Source of the DNA: Fimbriosthenelais zetlandica
Taxonomy: Eukaryota
Assembly: GCA_977030845.1 (NCBI GenBank)
Contig: OZ365118.1
Location: forward strand, 21,204,001 to 21,268,000
DNA length: 64,000 bases
Direction: 5' to 3'
The position numbers and the translations under genes were made by a program. Shown piece after piece: positions 62,471 to 64,000 of the stretch. Each line of letters starts with the position of its first letter. Position 1 is the first letter of the stretch. The notes under the pieces are model-generated. The model was not told where the DNA came from and made no database searches. It worked only from the letters and a program-made list of their open reading frames with translations.

Positions 62471-64000
62471 GGTGGCAGCACCGGATGGGGCCTAAAAATG
62501 CAGGAATGGATAGCAATAGCGGAAAATGGTCGCTTCTAAAGGGAATAACGGTCCCATCGCCACGAAATTTCACAGGATGATAGACAAACAAATAGGGGAT
62601 GTATTAAAAGAAATTGCTTGACTTTAAAACGGGCTGAGGTTGTGAAACACATGAACTGTGATATTTCTTACAAAATAGTCTTTATTTAATAAAGGAAGTA
62701 TAAATACAGTCTACAGACAAGAATTTCTCTCAACAATATTCTACACCTTGACATCATCCATAGACCAGCGTGTTTTTTCTGTTGCCTAGCAACAGGCAAG
62801 TCACAGTGACATTGACAGATGCCACGTTTGACAGCAGTCAACACGCCATATTGGTCTACTGACTGTCCCATTTAAAATCTCCTCATGCATTATCAATAAT
62901 TCAATCTCATTCAAATCTTGTGCTTCATACAGGAGGAAAACATTCGTCTCCCTCAAAACATTATATTTTCATTTTTAAAATCTCAGGAAAGATCTTTCCC
63001 AAAGAAAAAGTATAAAGGAAAGTGCTTTCCTAAGAAAAAAGGGCCTTCCTAAATAAAGAACCCAAGACGACTTCCATGAACACTAGTTACAAGACACCCC
63101 CTGATAGATACTTATTTAACTTAAAAGATCTTTGTAGTTGGAAGAAAAAAGAACTGTTGCTTAGCAACATTACATTCGATCGCTTACTATAAACTCTCCT
63201 ATAGGGAAAATGGTTACTCATGGTCCATCCCCTGTCACCTGAACGTCACGACCTTTAAAAACGGATATCTGACTATCACTGTATAGGTACCAATTAGTTC
63301 ATTATTAATGCACTGTATGATATAATGATTAATCCCAACAGAGAGTTTATAAAAATAGTTCTGGCACTTGGGTAGAGGAAATCCCTGCAAACAATGTGTG
63401 CACAGAGCATTCAGCCTTAGATCCATTACCAGGGGAAGCTATCCAATCAATCCATTAAGTATTCATTGCCTTTCTCACACTTCCAGCAATATTTAAACCT
63501 TTTAGTTTCCACATAGAAAATATATGGTCATATGTGTAAGGGTGGGTTACTCAAGTAAAAGAAAGCAGAAGGGTATACATACTTGTATGTTTTTACATAT
63601 ATACTTGTACAAGGACTAGCACTCCGTCAATTTCTTTTCAAATGCCATATACAATGCTTGTTTTTTAAAGTACATACCAATGCTTCATCCGATTGGAACA
63701 ATCTTTGTTAAAATCCTATAATACAGTTCTCTTTGTTTTCTTTTCCTCCAAGCTACATTTATACAGCTTTGTATTATAAAGCAGTCGCTTATCCTGTGTT
63801 TCAGATCCTATTTGAAAAACACCCTAGCTGCACCACTGTTATTTTTTAAATATTCTCTCAGTTGAGAACGTCTCATTTTGAACAATCTTCCTCATTTTTA
63901 ATAACATTTACAACATTTGGTGCAACAGGTTTCCCACGAGAATAATTTCGCTCAAAAAGGTGAGACACAAAAGAGCCTTCCTTAAAATAAACCTGTCTAA

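Overview
Eukaryotic (invertebrate metazoan, AT-rich) genomic DNA with GT-AG spliced genes; most short ORFs in the supplied track are exon fragments or noise. Four multi-exon protein-coding genes were rebuilt by hand from splice sites and codon phase: an SLC6 Na/Cl-dependent glycine-transporter-like gene (minus, 5152-18921, with two further candidate first exons at 19678-19728 and 23374-23403), a P1B copper ATPase ATP7 (minus, 27615-43583, about 1512 aa, seven GMTCxxC metal-binding domains), ALG11 (plus, 44673-46949) head-to-head with ATP7, and PWP2 (minus, 47331-53370) tail-to-tail with ALG11. The last 10 kb is repeat-rich: a decayed LINE reverse transcriptase, a TIR-bounded element carrying a 225-bp tandem array, a modular repeat upstream of two minus-strand promoters, and a candidate spliced non-coding or pseudogene transcript (about 58983-61630). 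Best leads: the ATP7-ALG11 head-to-head pair that mirrors human ATP7B-ALG11, the extra copper-binding domain and His/poly-Asn luminal loop of ATP7, three phase-compatible alternative first exons of the SLC6 gene, and the ORF-less spliced locus. No CRISPR, rRNA or intact tRNA was found. All calls come from manual reading, with no database searches.
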